A DNA stretch of 42,015 nt from Octopus sinensis. Taxonomy: Eukaryota. Positions 1 to 10,965 of this stretch are shown in pieces (the stretch's first letter is position 1; each line of letters opens with the position of its first letter). The notes under the pieces are model-generated. The model was not told the origin of the DNA, searched no databases, and saw only the letters and a list, made by a program, of their open reading frames with translations. Where the stretch lies: assembly GCF_006345805.1 (NCBI RefSeq), contig NW_021835270.1, positions 1 to 42,015 on the forward strand. The letters are read 5' to 3'. A program made the position numbers and the translations under genes.

Positions 1-466
1 CGGAAGTGTTATCAAGTACATTGTTTTGTCTTGGTATAAAAGATGGGATACAGCAAATATTCTACATATTTGCTAGTCAGTTGTTTGACCATAACCAGTT
101 GAGCATGTTCCCTTAGTGGCTGACGGTATGTGCATCTCTGATCACGAGTAGAAGTAGTGGGGAAGCATCATAGCCATGTGTTGAGAGGAATTCTCTGGTG
201 TTTGGATATTTCACCTTTGGAAACATGGGCGTTTTGTTAAACAATTGTTATTCATGGATCTTTTAAGGGATGTGCTGCTCTACCTGCGAGGTCAAGCAAT
301 GTTTTTCTTGATATGAGATTATCATGTTATACACACATGATTGTGATGCATGTGCTTGGTGTACCCTTATCAGACGGGTAGTCATGATGGGTTTACTGGG
401 CTTCGTACATTTGTACCCCCTTGTCAATTTGATGGTATGTCGTGTCCTTTCCCTTAATAGTAATGT
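1..466 (+). mobile_element. 3' end of a dispersed retroelement-like repeat (LINE 3'UTR-like), ending in an (ACT)n(AAT)n tail; runs off the window start
   Basis: Colinear diverged homology to 4739-5238 (e.g. AGCATCATAGCCATGTGTTGAGAGGAATTC in both). Both copies end in a simple-repeat tail. No ORF. Confidence 0.65.

Positions 467-562
<96 letters not shown>
467..562 (+). repeat. compound (ACT)n(AAT)n microsatellite (tail of the preceding element)
   Basis: Direct reading. Confidence 0.95.
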
Positions 563-563
<1 letters not shown>

Positions 564-952
564 TTTTGTATAGGGTATGTTATCATTACTCTAAAGTTAA
601 TGCCTACTACTTCCATTTCTTCTCAGTCTCCTTCCCACTTCTTCATCATCATCATCATCATTATTATCATCATGATTTAGAATTAATCCCAATACTTTGT
701 TCATTTCCAGATGACTACTTTGTACTATGAAAGCCGGAAAGAAAGAATAAACAAGAATTAATGTTAACGCCTGAATCTTTTACGTTTTGCTTCTTATTTA
801 CCAGGAAGAAAAATAAAAGAAATAGAGAAAAAAAAAAGAAGAAAAAGAAGCAAAAACAAAGAACAACAAAATTAAAAGTAATAATGATGGTAACGTTAAT
901 AATAATCATTATCATTACTTTTATCATTTTGCCCAATTATTATTGTTGCTAC

Positions 953-983
<31 letters not shown>

Positions 984-1145
984 TAATAAAAATAATATAA
1001 TAATAATAATAATAAAAATAATAATAAAAATAATAATTATCATTATTATTATTATATTATTATTATTATATATTATATTATTATTATTATTATTATATTA
1101 TTTTGTTATTATATCATCATCTTCATCATCATCATCATCATTATT
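953..1145. repeat. (AAT)n followed by (ATT)n and (CAT)n; inverted trinucleotide arms
   Basis: Direct reading; AAT arm about 953-1036, ATT arm about 1037-1110. Confidence 0.9.
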
Positions 1146-1652
1146 TTCATTTATGAATTTATTTATTGAAAATGTCATCTTCATAATAAAAATAGAATAC
1201 TCATACACACACACACGTGCACACCCTAACATTTACACGACATTTTTCAATAATCGTGCTAAAATCCGAGTTTTAAAAAGAATGCATCCAAGTTACAATA
1301 AGCAAACGAAACCACCAACCACAATCTCCACTGGCGACCAACCCATCACCATTGACGCCATCGCCATCATTCCTCATCGTCGCTCCCGTCGCCCTCGCAA
1401 TATTTTTCGTTTCTATATACATCTGTTTGATACGACTAACACAACAGTTCAACTAAAGCCACAACCTAGTTTGTTTTCACTATTTTTCTTTTTATTATTT
1501 TGTTTCTTCTCTATCTCGTGTATGTTTTAATATGTTTGGCGATATATGACATATTTATTCATCCTTATTTCCATTTTAATTCGTCTTTCTCCTGTCTATT
1601 TCACTTCGTATTTTAGGAATTTTTAACTAGTATTTTTTAAAAATATTCTCAC

Positions 1653-1699
<47 letters not shown>

Positions 1700-1727
1700 T
1701 GTGTGTGTGTGTGTGTGTGTGACATAT

Positions 1728-2157
1728 GCGAGGAGTAGCTGTTGTGGTAAGTAGCAGGCTTACTAACCACGTGGTTCCGGGTTCAGTCCCACGGCGTGGC
1801 ATCTTGAACAAGTATCTTCTACTATAGCCTCGGGCCAACCAAAGTCTTGTGAGTGGATTTGGTAGACGGAAACTGAAAGAAGCCCGTCGTATATATATAT
1901 GTATATATATATATACATATATATGTATGTATGTATGTATATGGTGTGTGTTTGTGTTTGTTCCCGCAACATGGCTTGACAACCGATGCTGGTGTGTTTA
2001 CGTACCCGTAAATTAGAGGTTCGACAAAAAGAGACGATAGAATATGTACTCGGGTTACAAAGAATAAGTCCTGGGCTCGATTTGCTCGATGAAAGGTAGT
2101 TCACCGGCATGGCCCGCAATCAAATGAAACAACTAAGAGAATGAAAGAATAAAAGAA
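1728..2157 (+). mobile_element. SINE family A, full length, tRNA-like head, internal (TA)n/(TG)n
   Basis: Head GAGTAGCTGTTGTGGTAAG...GGGTTCAGTCCC (A/B-box-like); same body at 35942, 36888 and 19091-20468(-). May be the published octopus OK family (unverified recollection). Confidence 0.85.
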
Positions 2158-2189
2158 TATATACACACCGAAAACAGACACAGAAAATA

Positions 2190-2247
<58 letters not shown>

Positions 2248-2289
2248 AATGCCACACTCTAGTAGGGATTCTTAAAGTCAAAATTACCA

Positions 2290-2333
2290 TAATAAATAAA
2301 CACATTGTACCAGTACAATGTGTTTATTTATTA
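2290..2333. repeat. perfect inverted repeat, 21-bp arms, 2-nt spacer
   Basis: TAATAAATAAACACATTGTAC-CA-GTACAATGTGTTTATTTATTA. Confidence 0.95.
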
Positions 2334-2484
2334 CAAAAGTATTTATTTATGGTAATGCCCTCAATACAAATCAATATATTTAAAAGGAATAATAAATAAA
2401 TTTTTCCCTTATGAAGTTTTTCATGCTAACTACTTGATAAATTCTTATAAAGATTTTATCCTGTCTTTCAATTATATATATACA

Positions 2485-2710
2485 TATTTCTTTATTGCCC
2501 ACAAGGGGCTAAACAAAGAGGGGACAAACAAGGACTGACAAGGGGATTAAGTCGATTATATTCACCCCAGTGATTTACTGGTACATATTTAATCGACCCC
2601 GAAAGGATGAAAGGCAAAGTCGACCTCGGCGGAATTTGAACTCAGAACGTAACGGCAGACGAAATACCGCTAGGTATTTCGCCCGGCGTGCTAACGTTTC
2701 TGTCAGATCG
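2485..2710 (-). mobile_element. SINE family B (subtype 1 tail)
   Basis: Reverse complement of the 12741-12974 element; B-box-like GAGTTCAAATTC on the minus strand; internal hairpin CGAAATAC..GTATTTCG. Confidence 0.85.
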
Positions 2711-3239
2711 GTGTGTGTGTGTGTGCATGTCTGTGTGTGTGTGTGTGTGTCTGTATATACATATATACATATATATACACTCCTTGCAACACCTATCTGT
2801 GTTCGGTTTGTCCTTACACAGAGGCCATCCGGATTCCCGTTTGCGCCGTGAACAGGAATTAATCTTCTCTCTTCGCTCTTATACGCCATTTGGTCTCAAC
2901 TCTCACCCCCTCCTCATCTAACCCCCCCTCTCCCCACCATCCTCACCTATCCTTTCCCCCCGACCCCTACTTCTTAGTCCTTCATCCTTTCACCCCTACT
3001 CCCCTTCCCTCTTCCCTCTTTCTCCCTCCCTCTTCCCCCTCCCTCTGCTCCCTCACTCCCTATCTCCCCTTCTCTCTCCCCCTCTCCCTCCTTCATCCCC
3101 CTCCTCCCCCATCCCTCCTCTCCCCCTCCCTCCCCCTCTTCTTCCCCTCCCCTTCTCCCCCCCTCTTCTCCCCTCCTCTCTTCTCCTCACTACACACACA
3201 TGACTTTACACATCACATCACATATGATGTGCCATACTA

Positions 3240-3580
3240 ATACACACACACCACTAATACATACTAATACGTACTAATACATACTAGTACATACTAATAC
3301 ATACACCAACCCTATACATACACACGTCCAGACCCCGCATACGCACTTATACTCTCTCATCACACACACACACACACTTATACATACCAATACGTACTAA
3401 TACATACTAATACATACTAATACATACACCAACCCCATACATACGCACGTCCAGACCAATCCTACGCACTAATACTCTCTCATACACACACCCACACACA
3501 CACACACACCCTCTATATACATACTAATACATAACCAACCCTATACATACACACATCCAGACCCCTCCTACGCACTATTA
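3240..3580 (+). repeat. about 120-135 bp minisatellite, about 3 copies, built on a CATACTAATA subunit
   Basis: ACCAACCC(T/C)ATACATAC(A/G)CAC(G/A)TCCAGACC..ACGCACT recurs three times. Confidence 0.85.
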
Positions 3581-3749
3581 GCTGGTCCCTCAACCCTTTT
3601 ATCAACCCTATTATCTCCCCTTATTTCGCTCTCGCGTCTCATGTTTGATCTTTGACCTCTGGCCGAAATCAGATCGCCATGATGATTCGTTAGCTACTGC
3701 ACGCATTTTTTTTCTCTCCTTCTTTCTGTGTTTTTTTCTCTCTGTGTAT

Positions 3750-3785
3750 CTTTCTGTTGAAGAGCGTAGGCTCGAAACGTTAAGG
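3750..3785 (+). ncRNA. minimal type-I hammerhead ribozyme-like motif with a non-canonical core
   Basis: CTTT-CTGTTGA-A-GAGC(GTAG)GCTC-GAAA-CGT-T-AAGG: 4-bp stem II, GAAA, palindromic ACGT stem III, GUU cleavage triplet, 4-bp stem I; A6 replaced by U. Confidence 0.5.
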
Positions 3786-4385
3786 CCTTGTTTTATTTAT
3801 ATTTCCTGAGCGCCATACTAATACAATTGTTCGTTTGTTTTCCACCTGCCTTCGTCTTTTGTTTATTTTCATAAAGCTTCCCGTTATATTATATATACAT
3901 ACATACGTACACTTAGGCAGGCACACACATATATACGTTGAGGTATATCGAGAAAGAAATATGAGTGCATAAACATATAAAGACAGTAATTTTTTTGAAA
4001 AGAAGAAATGTTAAACTTTAATATCCGGTAATTTAATCGCAACTGATGGCAATTTTCTCTGTACTACCAGTTTATATTGGTGCATGCATGTCTGTTTGCA
4101 ATTGTGTACATGTGTGTATCTTCAGGTCACATTGTTTGTTTGCTTGTGTGTGTGTGTATCTGTGTGTGTGTGTGCAAATGCCTGCATTTTCTAACGCCCT
4201 AACTGATTAACCGGAGCCACTACTAATCGAATTGTACATATTGAATAAGAAAATAAACTTGTTTATGAGAAATAATCATCATCATTATATGTTATAATAA
4301 TTTAGTTAAGTTTAAACACTGCTGCTGCTGCTGCTACAACTACTTCAACTACTGTTACAATAACATAACAAAAATAGCAAGAACA

Positions 4386-4386
<1 letters not shown>

Positions 4387-4421
<35 letters not shown>

Positions 4422-4429
4422 TAATATTA

Positions 4430-4499
<70 letters not shown>
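4387..4499. repeat. (AAT)n microsatellite, contiguous with the tail of the minus-strand SINE-B variant
   Basis: Direct reading. Confidence 0.95.
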
Positions 4500-4500
4500 G

Positions 4501-4700
4501 TTTCTGCTAGTTTCTTCAAGGCCTCAGATCTGCGGGGAGGGGACTAGTCCATGACATCGACCTCAGTACTCAGCTGGTACTTAATTTCTCGCCCCCTAAT
4601 AAATGCAAGGTAAAGTCGAACTTGGCAAAATTTGAACTCAGATTGTGGAGACGGACGAAATGCTGCGAAGCATATTTTTTTTTCAGCGTTACTAGCAATT
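4501..4700 (-). mobile_element. diverged SINE family B with the alternative 3' tail
   Basis: CTGGTACTTA..AAAGTCGAACTTGGCAAAATTTGAACTCAG core; tail ..CCCTCCCC..GGCCTTG on the minus strand. Confidence 0.65.
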
Positions 4701-4738
4701 GTGTCACAGGTTCTCATTTCTTCTGATCTTAATTGATT

Positions 4739-5238
4739 GGAAGTCTTATCACGAACATGCTATGTCTTGGTGTAAAAGTTGGGCTACAGCAAATGTTCTG
4801 CTCAATACCACATATTTGCTTGCGATTTGCTTGACTTTAACGAGTTGGGCATGTCCCTTGGTGGCTAACTATACGTGTGTCACTGATCACCAACAGAAGC
4901 ACTTGGGGAGCATCATAGCCATGTGTTGAGAGGAATTCTTTGGGGTTTGAATTATCCACTTCTGGAATCATGGGTGTTTTGTTCAACATCATTGAATAAC
5001 CCATTTTAAGGGATCTTTTGAGCGGGATGGCCTACTCAACCTGAAGAAAAGTCTAACTTGTCTTCACCTGAAAGTTCATGCGCTGTCAATCTTTATGAAA
5101 TCACCATATCGTGCACACCCGTTTGTGATGCCTGCGTCTGGTGTACACTTATCAGAGCGGTATTCATGGTGGATATACTGGGTGATATATTTTTGTAGCC
5201 CAGTGTCACATAGATGGCATGCGCTGAACTCACACTAT
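4739..5238 (+). mobile_element. second copy of the LINE-3'-end-like repeat, followed by an (AAT)n(GAT)n tail to about 5345
   Basis: Colinear with 2-466. Confidence 0.65.
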
Positions 5239-5271
5239 ATAATAATAATAATAATGATAATAATAATAATA

Positions 5272-5317
<46 letters not shown>

Positions 5318-5516
5318 GATGATGATGATGACGATGACGATAATAAAAGCAACAAATTAGACTGGTTATGGTGGTGATAGTTTAATAGCAGGGGGAAGAA
5401 AAGCAATTGTAACAAAACAACAGAAGTAATAACAGAATATTATACAAGTGAATTAACTAATACAACGTTTCGTACAAACAGCATTTGTCACATACATACT
5501 TCTGCTCAACATATTC

Positions 5517-5583
<67 letters not shown>

Positions 5584-5862
5584 TGTGGTTATACTTATTT
5601 ATATATGATGCCCCCTCTCTCACACTCTCTCACTTTCTCTCTCTCTCTCTATATATATATATATAGGTAGATAGATAGATAGATAGATAGATACGTATTC
5701 TTATACATATACACAGTAATTGAGAAGTTCACCCTAAACCAAGCTGACAGTTTCTCCGTTGACCTTTAGAAGTAGTAACAGTACGAACTATTATGACAAC
5801 GAATGCTAATATCATTACTGAAGTAGCATAAGTTGATCAACATTCCAGCGAGAGAGATCAAC

Positions 5863-6235
5863 GTGGAGGCGCAACGGCTCAGTGGTTAGGGCAGCGGAGT
5901 CGTGGCCATAGGATTGCGGTTTCGGTTCCAAACCCGGGCGTTAGGAGTGTTTATTGAACCAAAACACTCAAAGCTCGACGAAGCTCCGGCAGGGCGTGGT
6001 GGCGAACCCTGCTGTACCCTTTCACCACAACTTTCTCTCACTCTTGTTTCTCTTCTACTTGTATTTCAAAGGGCCAGCCTTGTCACGCTCTGTGTCATGC
6101 TGAATCTCCCCGAGAACTACGTTAAGGGTACATGTGTCTGTGGAGTGTTCAACTCCTTGCATGTTAATTTCAAGAGCAGGCTGTTCCGTTGATTGGATCA
6201 ACTGGAACCCTCGTCGTCGTAACCAACGCAATCCC
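5863..6235 (+). mobile_element. SINE family C (tRNA-Arg-like head), tail type 1
   Basis: GGAGGCGCAACGGCTCAGTGGTTAGGGCAGCGG..GGTTTCGGTTCC head shared with 9226 and 37373; 3' half differs from those copies. Confidence 0.8.
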
Positions 6236-6559
6236 TTTGTATAACAGCAACGGGTATTTTCTTTTTTTTCGTATCCTTAACTGTTTCCTACGAATGAATG
6301 TTAAACTGATGAAATGTATTTCATTTCGATCTTTAGTTAAGGAACATTCTTTTGTTTTCGGTGGTAATTTTAGTGTATCCGCGAAATTTTTTTAAAGGTC
6401 ATTAAAATATTATAATTATTATTTGACCTTGTTTCATTCTCGCTTCTTAAATTCTTTCGTGCCAATTTTAATGATAATGCTTGTTGGCAGTGGTGGATGA
6501 TGTCGATAAGATAATGAGGTTGATAATGGTGATGGTGTTGGTGTTGGTTAGAATTTTGC

Positions 6560-6835
6560 GGAGAATGACAGTGATGATGATGATGATGTTGATGATGATG
6601 ATGTTGATGATAGAGGTGAGAATAATAATGATGATGATGATGATGATTTATGACGATGATTATGATGATAAGGAGGAGGAGGATGAGAATGGTGATCTTA
6701 GATGACAACGATGACGATAAATTTGAAAATGCTGATGACGACGGATGATGACGATGATGATGATGATGACTACATCAGCGATGATGATGATGATGATGAT
6801 GACGACGACGACGACGACAACGATGACGATGTTGT
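6560..6835. repeat. compound (GAT/GAC/AAT/GAG)n trinucleotide array
   Basis: Direct reading. Confidence 0.9.
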
Positions 6836-7139
6836 TGTTTATTGTAGAGGTATTAGTACTTCATTATGCCTCTTCTTCCAATCTTGCTAAGGAGCTGCCC
6901 ACTGCAGAAAACAAAAGCCAATTTTCGAAAACTCATTTTATTAGGTTTTCTTAGTGCGGTATTTGTATTCTTATATCGTATTTTATATCATATTTCTATG
7001 CTTTTTAAAAATTTATTTATGTTTTTTTTTGCTTTGTTTTGTTTCTAGTTGTTGCCTAAATCTTGTGTTGCATTGTATGTAGTGGGTGAAAGAAATCATA
7101 TCACTCTATGATGATTTCGTTAATAATAAATAAAAACAA

Positions 7140-7171
7140 ATAAAATAATAATAATAATAATAATAATAATG

Positions 7172-7221
<50 letters not shown>

Positions 7222-7793
7222 TATAATACAACAAATACAACTTCATAGCGTTGCATTTTCTTTTCTGTATCTGTAAGTTCATCTGTCTGTTTCTCACTCT
7301 CTTTCTCTTGTTTTTGCGTGTATATATACGTATGTGTGTGTATATGTATGCCTGTGTGTGTATGTAGGTGCGTGTATGTGTGTGTATAAGTTGGTTTCTA
7401 TACATACATACATACATACATACATACATACATACATACATACATACGTACACACATACGTACACATATACACCCACACATATCTCATTGATATGTGCAT
7501 CCAAATGTATGTGTATGGGCACGTGTCAATAACATTGAACAGATCTATTATTTTGGTATAATTTATAATGCCATATCAAGAGTTGAAGTTGTTCTCGGGT
7601 AACAATAAACCACGCCCTTCACACTCTATATATTTAGCAACATTCATTGAAGAATTAGTATTAGTAGGATTAATAACAACAATAACGAAGGCATTAGTGT
7701 TAAGATGGTGAGGGTGATGGTGGTAGGTGATTAGAATTAACATTATAGTATTTTCCCTTTCCATTTAAAAAATCTATTTGGCATTTTTATACA

Positions 7794-7856
<63 letters not shown>

Positions 7857-7870
7857 GTTATTATTATTAT
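7140..7870. repeat. cluster of (AAT)n, (TG)n, (ATAC)n and (TAT)n microsatellites
   Basis: Direct reading. Confidence 0.85.
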
Positions 7871-8373
7871 TAATCTTATTATCAATATTATTTTAAATCC
7901 TTTTCTCTCTTAACACACAGCTTTTCTGATTCTCCTGAGTAGCTGAACTCCAAATCGCACGCCCTCATTTTCAATGAAGCCAGTCGCGTTAATTTAAATT
8001 TGATCACGACTAGCTGAATAGCTTTCACACATCAATGTTTCACTGATAACGATGTTATATTCACTTGAACAGCAGCTTTGTATAATCAGGTTGCAGATTT
8101 TCTTGTTGCTGTTGGTGATGGTGATTGTGATGGTGGTGGTAGTGTTGCTGTTATATTTATTTATTTACATATTTATTCCTATATTTATTTATATATTCAT
8201 TCATTTTATTTAAGTTTTTGTCTTCGTATTACTGTTTGTATTTTATATATATTTTTGTTTTTAGTTTGAGAGACAGAATCATAGAGAAAAAGAAAATACA
8301 TTTTTTGTCTTGTTCTTTCTATCATTCTTCCCAACCTTCTTCGTATATCTACACCGCCCATTGCTCTGTTAAC

Positions 8374-8442
8374 ATATCAGGGTGCTCCGCCATTTTACTG
8401 TGATTAAGCTAAGTCTAAATTAAATACACAGCATCCTGATAT
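8374..8442. mobile_element. 69-bp MITE-like element (Tc1/mariner-type ends)
   Basis: ATATCAGGGTGCT (8374-8386) and AGCATCCTGATAT (8430-8442) form a 13-bp inverted repeat with 1 mismatch, with TA at each end. Confidence 0.5.
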
Positions 8443-8639
8443 AATGAAAGGAATACAAAACTGTTCAAGAGACAGTTCTATAGTTCTATAGTTCCGCAGT
8501 CTGTATTATTTAAACTAATCATGCAAAAATCGCAATGACATTTTTTTTTTATGTGTTAAGTTTCAATAAATTTATATTTTGATCGTGGTCTTTGTTATTA
8601 TCCGTCATCATCATCGCCGTCATTGTGTAAATTTGGCCT

Positions 8640-9065
8640 CATCGACGTCGTCAATGTCATTGTCATCATAATCATCACCACCATCACAACCATCGAATCG
8701 CCACCACCATCACCACCATCACCATCACCTACATCATAATGATCACAATCATCATCATCATCATCATAATCATCATCATCATCATCATCATCATCTTCAT
8801 CATCATCATCATCACCATCAACGTTATTATCATCATCACTACTATTGCCAATACCACTACCATGAACAGCACCATCAGTGCTATGATCAAAGTTATGACA
8901 TTGATGACGATGGTGATACACATGATGATCATGATCATGGTCATAAACATCATCATCATCATCATCGCCGTCGTCGTAATCAACTACCTGGTCTCTGGTG
9001 AGCACCATCGTAAATATTTTGATGATGATACTGAAGATGCGGACGACGTTGATGATGATTGTCGT
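8640..9065. repeat. compound (CAT/CAC/CGT)n array ending in (GAT)n
   Basis: Direct reading. Confidence 0.9.
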
Positions 9066-9225
9066 CATTAATTAGTCATTAATTAGCCTTTATGATCGTA
9101 GCATAGTCAAAGTGATTTAGTAAAAGTTGCAGACGATTCCGTTGGTGTTTCTAGGAGAGTGATTAGCCATGTAGAGTGTTACTAGTTGTTTCGAGTGTGT
9201 TAGCATTAATAATAATGATAATAAT

Positions 9226-9440
9226 GGAAGCGAAATGGCCCAGTTGTTAGGGCAGCGGACTCGCAGTCGGAGGATCGTGGTTTCGATTCCCAGACCGGGC
9301 GTTGTTTGTGCTTATTGAGCGAAAACACCTCAAGTTCCATGAGGCTTCGGCAGGGGGTGGTGACCCCTGTTATACTCTTTCGCCCCAACTTTCTCTCGCT
9401 CTTTCTTCATGTTTCTTGAGTAACGCTGCGACGGACTGGC
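9226..9440 (+). mobile_element. SINE family C, tail type 2, 3'-truncated at the Penelope junction
   Basis: Matches 37373-37590 and stops at ..GCGACGGACTGGC. Confidence 0.85.
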
Positions 9441-10780
9441 TGGAACTACGATGGGTACGGGAATGGCTTCCTCCTTTGCTAACCTAGTCATGGGGTGCTT
9501 AGAAATCACTCTTTATCGTAAGGTACAAGAAAAATACGGAAATCCATTCTCCTTTTACATAGAAAATAGCTGGAAGAAATATCTAGATGACAGCTTCTTT
9601 ATTTAGTATGAAAGTATAGAGAGACTTAAAGGAATTTTAAGCACTTCTAAATGGACTTGACGTAAACATTTGATTTACGACGGAATATAGCCATCAACAG
9701 CTTCTTTTCCTCGACATCCTCATTAAGAAATGCAACAGCAAAACAGAAACAGACATATACTGTAAGCTCACGGATTCCAACTCATACCAACCCAGATATA
9801 CTAGAATGAATCTCCCTTTCAACCTGGCCAAAAGGATATGCACTATAGTATCGGATACAAGCTCCAGGGACATACAGCAACATGAGTTAAAGGATACACT
9901 CATCACTAGGAATTATCCACCATCACTAATTGATATAGGTTTTCAGCGTTCCTACAACTCAATGTCCACGAAACTAGACATCCCGAAGCAAAGAATGAAT
10001 TACAATTAAAAGCTCTACCAGAAATATCCACACACAACCCCTAAATAATGAGGCATTCGATACCATCCTCCGGGACATTCTTTTACTAAAAAGGGCCCAT
10101 AAAATGAATCAAGTCCTCCAAACGCACATTATCATGAAGAGCAAAAGACAGTCCAAGTCAATGAAAAGTATTCTAGCAAAAACCCAAGTACACTCGTCAA
10201 AAACGTTGATACCGACAGTAATAAATAATGCGGAAGACCTAACTGGGGTATGTGCGTCAACTTAATTGAGTGATAGGAGTTCTCCTTCAAACAGTGTCAA
10301 TGATTTACAGTGAAAAACAACTTCGCATGTGCTTCCGAAAACCTTGTATATATGTTATGTTGCTCAGAGTGTCGAACGCAATACATTAGTCAAACTAAAA
10401 CAGACTACGCCAGAGGATAACCGTACATTGATTCTAGATTAAAATACGACAATAAAGAAAAAGTAGCATTAAGTGAACACATCGCCATTTGCGCCACTAA
10501 TAAACAATCTACCTTTAGAATTTTTCCCCTTATGAATTTAAGGGCAATGCAAAATATAATCAGCGCATTAGCAGAGAATCACATTTTATCGCAAAATGTT
10601 AACCTGTTTTCAATACTTCCACCACAGATGACACTATTACAAGGATCTTGAAATAGTACACATGGAAATATTGAAAAAGATAAATATATTTAGAACAGTC
10701 GCTACCCAGGAATCTATTTAGAACAGATCTTACAGCTACTTCTTCTAAAACCGCAACAGGTCACACTGAGGCCATTTGAC
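9441..10780 (+). mobile_element. 5'-truncated, decayed Penelope-like retroelement (RT + GIY-YIG); 3' boundary uncertain
   Basis: See the ORF remnant; non-repetitive 3' UTR-like sequence follows to about 10780. Confidence 0.85.
9442..10614 (+). pseudogene. Penelope-type reverse transcriptase / GIY-YIG endonuclease ORF remnant with stops and frameshifts
   Basis: Manual translation: GTTMGTGMASSFANLVMGCLE (9442), WKKYLDD (YLDD 9580-9591), FTTEYS..FLDILI..ETDIYCKLTD, NLPFNLAKRICTIVSD..RNYP (track ORF 9806-10009), THNP, KSKRQ, KCGRPN, NLVYMLCCSECRTQYISQT (10340-10396), RESHFIAKC*PVFN. Confidence 0.9.
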
Positions 10781-10825
10781 CATTAAACCAGATTCCACAG
10801 CCTTCGCTACTTTGTTATGCCACTC

Positions 10826-10965
10826 CCTTCTTCTTCTTCTTCTTCTTCTTCTTCTTCTTCTTCTTCTTCTTCTTCTTCTTCTTCTTCTTCTTCTTCTTCT
10901 TCTTCTTCCACTTCCACTTCTCGTCCTCCTTCTCCACCTCCCTCTTCTTCTTCTTCGCTTTCTCC
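10826..10965. repeat. (CTT)n microsatellite
   Basis: Direct reading. Confidence 0.95.

Larger units (their letters stand above)
2781..3900 (+). mobile_element. non-coding, putative non-autonomous Penelope-like/retrozyme-like element: polypyrimidine tract, minisatellite, hammerhead-like motif
   Basis: Lies between (TA)n tracts. Shares head, C/T tract, GCCGAAAT..GCYATGATGATTCG motif and CGTT..ATTATATATA end with 19334-20054(-). Boundaries approximate. Confidence 0.55.

Noticed and set aside
10761-10789. Degenerate hammerhead at the Penelope 3' end (CTGAGGCCATTTGACC)
   Set aside because: Both core strands (CUGANGA and GAAA) are broken; too weak to call.
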